Shown in pieces: positions 33,981 through 35,920 of a DNA stretch of 35,920 bases. A program made the position numbers and the translations under genes. The DNA lies in the IMG/VR virus record IMGVR_UViG_3300027828_000067, positions 1 to 35,920 of that record, one strand, 5' to 3'. Numbering within the stretch: the stretch's first letter is position 1; every line of letters begins with the position of its first letter. This stretch comes from a virus. Lineage: Duplodnaviria; Caudoviricetes. Under the pieces are notes generated by a model. The model did not search any database. It had not been told where the DNA came from and saw nothing but the letters and a program-made list of their open reading frames with translations.

Positions 33981-34130
33981 CTATTGGTTTTTAGTTAAAA
34001 TGATATTTGTCATGTTTTTCTTTTTATATTTTGAGCAGAAAACTGAACGGTTCTTTTTGTGCCAATCTTCCCAAGCACAATTGCCTGATTTATTGCACTT
34101 GTCGCATTTGTAAGGTTTATTTATATCCAT
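33981..34130 (-). CDS. 49-aa Cys-rich peptide (not in ORF track)
   Basis: MDINKPYKCDKCNKSGNCAWEDWHKKNRSVFCSKY...; fills the gap. Confidence 0.4.
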   Translation of the reverse strand: MDINKPYKCDKCNKSGNCAWEDWHKKNRSVFCSKYKKKNMTNIILTKNQ

Positions 34131-34133
34131 TGT

Positions 34134-34457
34134 TTATTGTTCGTTTTTATAAATTGAAATAGTCGAACGAATAGAGTCTACAACTTTATAAGCTCCAGTC
34201 ATTATTCGCCTTATCTGATATATCTCAGGCACTTTAAAGTCTGCTTCTCGTTCCTTCGCTGCCCCACTCGTGCCTTTGCTTTGGAAATATGTAGACTGCC
34301 ATTTCTCGTAGGCTTCTATCCTGTATCTTTCCAAAAAGAAAAGGTTAGTTGTTAAGCTTCTTAGTATTTCTGACTGATCTTTAACTAGCTTTAATTGCAA
34401 ACTATGATAGTCGTCAATATTCTTATTTATGTTGTCAAGTATTTTTTGTAATTCCAT
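34134..34457 (-). CDS. hypothetical helical protein
   Basis: 107 aa, in the recombination module. Confidence 0.6.
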   Translation of the reverse strand: MELQKILDNINKNIDDYHSLQLKLVKDQSEILRSLTTNLFFLERYRIEAYEKWQSTYFQSKGTSGAAKEREADFKVPEIYQIRRIMTGAYKVVDSIRSTISIYKNEQ

Positions 34458-34534
34458 TGTTTTAAAATTAAGGCAGCGATGATCTGGTTAATCATATACA
34501 CTGCCTTTGGTTACATTCTATTTAACCTGTTTCT

Positions 34535-34888
34535 TTAGAACGGTAAATCACCATCTTCGTCTTCTATGGGTGCTGGGATGTCGTCAATTGGTGCCTGCGA
34601 TTCATTGCGTTCTACTAATATTACTTTCCATGCGTTTACATTATGAAAGTATTTACCATTATATTCCCTCGACTCCAAATTAAACGAAACATCTATGTTA
34701 TCCCCTAATTTGACATTTGAGATTAAATCTGTCTTATCGCCAAAAAGCGTAAAACAAATTAGCTTCGGATATTGATCTTCAGTTTCGATCACGAAGTCTT
34801 GTTTGGACCACTCTTTGCCAGCCTTACTCGTTCCGTTTTCAGGGTATAAGATTTGCTTTAATTGCCCTGTTACTTTTAGTTCACTCAT
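34535..34888 (-). CDS. DUF3127-like single-stranded DNA-binding protein
   Basis: G.SKAGKEWSKQDFVIET..QYPK.ICF..FGDK, SREYNGKYF; acidic DLPF tail. Confidence 0.85.
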   Translation of the reverse strand: MSELKVTGQLKQILYPENGTSKAGKEWSKQDFVIETEDQYPKLICFTLFGDKTDLISNVKLGDNIDVSFNLESREYNGKYFHNVNAWKVILVERNESQAPIDDIPAPIEDEDGDLPF

Positions 34889-35136
34889 TTTTTAAAATTA
34901 TGTCGTTTATTATATTTGTAATCTCTAAGTTTTTTACTTGCTTTTACGTAGTCCGATAATAGCGAAGCATGAACGGGATCATCCTTGAACATTTCCTCGT
35001 CTGCCGTTACTATTGTTCTAATGTGCTTAGTTTTTGGATATTCAAACAGCTCAATGTTTTCTTTATAGTAAGAGTCCGGAACTTCTAGCAAATGCCTTTC
35101 TCTTTCTTCTTGAAATAATCTTTCTGATGCACTCAT
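34885..35136 (-). CDS. hypothetical protein
   Basis: 83 aa between ERF and SSB. Confidence 0.55.
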   Translation of the reverse strand: MSASERLFQEERERHLLEVPDSYYKENIELFEYPKTKHIRTIVTADEEMFKDDPVHASLLSDYVKASKKLRDYKYNKRHNFKK

Positions 35137-35137
35137 A

Positions 35138-35644
35138 TTATTTGCTTAATCGTATTTTTGCATCATTTTTGTATTTTACAAACCAACCTTCTTTTTGTAA
35201 ATACTTTTGCTTAGTCCAAATTGACTGAACGTCTTCTAGCGTCTTGCAATTTTCAAACTCAATCTTGATAGATTGTTGCACAGCATGATTGCCGTCATCG
35301 TCATAAGCATTGATACCAAGCAAACTTTGAAGTGTGTATCTTCTGAAATATGTAATCGCCGAACCTACCTTTTGCGGGTCTGTTAATTTAGGCAACTCCA
35401 ATGAACTTGCAAACAATATCTCCTCATTTTCAATATCGATTATGTTCGTTATCAATATGCCATCAGTAATAGGCTGAGTTATTATAAGGCCATGATTCAT
35501 CAATGGTTCTTCTACTGTCTCCATTAATGCGTTTAGGTCAGCATATTTGCTTTTAAAGAAAGGATTTGTTGACTTCTTTAATAGCTTGTTAAACTCTTGT
35601 TTTGCTTCAGCAAATCTTGCTGTTGGTGTTTTTTTTGTTTCCAT
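35138..35644 (-). CDS. erf: ERF-family single-strand annealing recombinase
   Basis: NPFFKSKYADL, GSAITYFRRYTL..LLGI...DDDG; likely start METKK. Confidence 0.88.
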   Translation of the reverse strand: METKKTPTARFAEAKQEFNKLLKKSTNPFFKSKYADLNALMETVEEPLMNHGLIITQPITDGILITNIIDIENEEILFASSLELPKLTDPQKVGSAITYFRRYTLQSLLGINAYDDDGNHAVQQSIKIEFENCKTLEDVQSIWTKQKYLQKEGWFVKYKNDAKIRLSK

Positions 35645-35920
35645 TTTTATAATTTTAAAGTCCAATCAATTTCATTAACGTATCATAATAACCTATAAAC
35701 AATAATATTGCAACTGCTAAAACATAATGCCACCATTTTAGTTTCTCATCTCTCATGTCTTTCATATTTTATAAAGTTTTACGTTATTTATTAATTCATC
35801 TATCTCATTTATGTTGAAATGAGTTTCGCTATCATCGTCAAAGTATAGCGTGCATTCATATATTTCTAACCTGTCCATAGTTGCATTTCCGCCAAGATCA
35901 TCATAAGAGTTAGCCAGTCC

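Noticed and set aside
2942-35228. Numerous plus-strand ORFs in the ORF track
   Set aside because: They are antisense shadows of well-supported minus-strand genes; only 19181-19510 (and 215-448 and 499-699 outside this span) have their own space and signals
1-35920. Integrase, CI-type repressor or att site; stop-codon reassignment; introns or inteins
   Set aside because: No recombinase motif seen, so lifestyle is undetermined; core genes are intact and of normal length under the standard bacterial code

Overview
Most of a tailed dsDNA (siphovirus-type) phage or prophage genome. The host is probably Bacteroidota, judged from TAnnTTTG promoters, AT-rich translation starts, Gln+1 signal peptides and a DUF3127-like SSB. 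Nearly all genes are on the minus strand. From right to left: recombination/replication (ERF, SSB, SNF2-like helicase, DNA methyltransferase, MazG-like, DnaA-C-like, NinG/HNH, replication initiator); an accessory region with an RNA ligase; packaging and head (P22 gp3-like TerS, TerL, HK97-type portal/protease/capsid); neck, tail and fibres; lysis. Main signal: the two accessory regions (1-466 on +, 24477-26968 on -) are built from an integron attC-like element with exact geometry (AAC-N11-G-N4-G...T-N4-T-N9-GTT in the sense direction, with G.T wobbles always on the sense strand) and complementary cassette ends. Two of the loops are about 800 bp long and hold whole genes, and ORFs read in frame across the GTT core. 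No integrase is in the window. Also notable: five virion-module proteins carry Sec signal peptides, and a 14-bp FNR/Crp-like palindrome sits exactly 22 nt upstream of three promoters. All functional calls come from reading motifs by eye; no database search was run.
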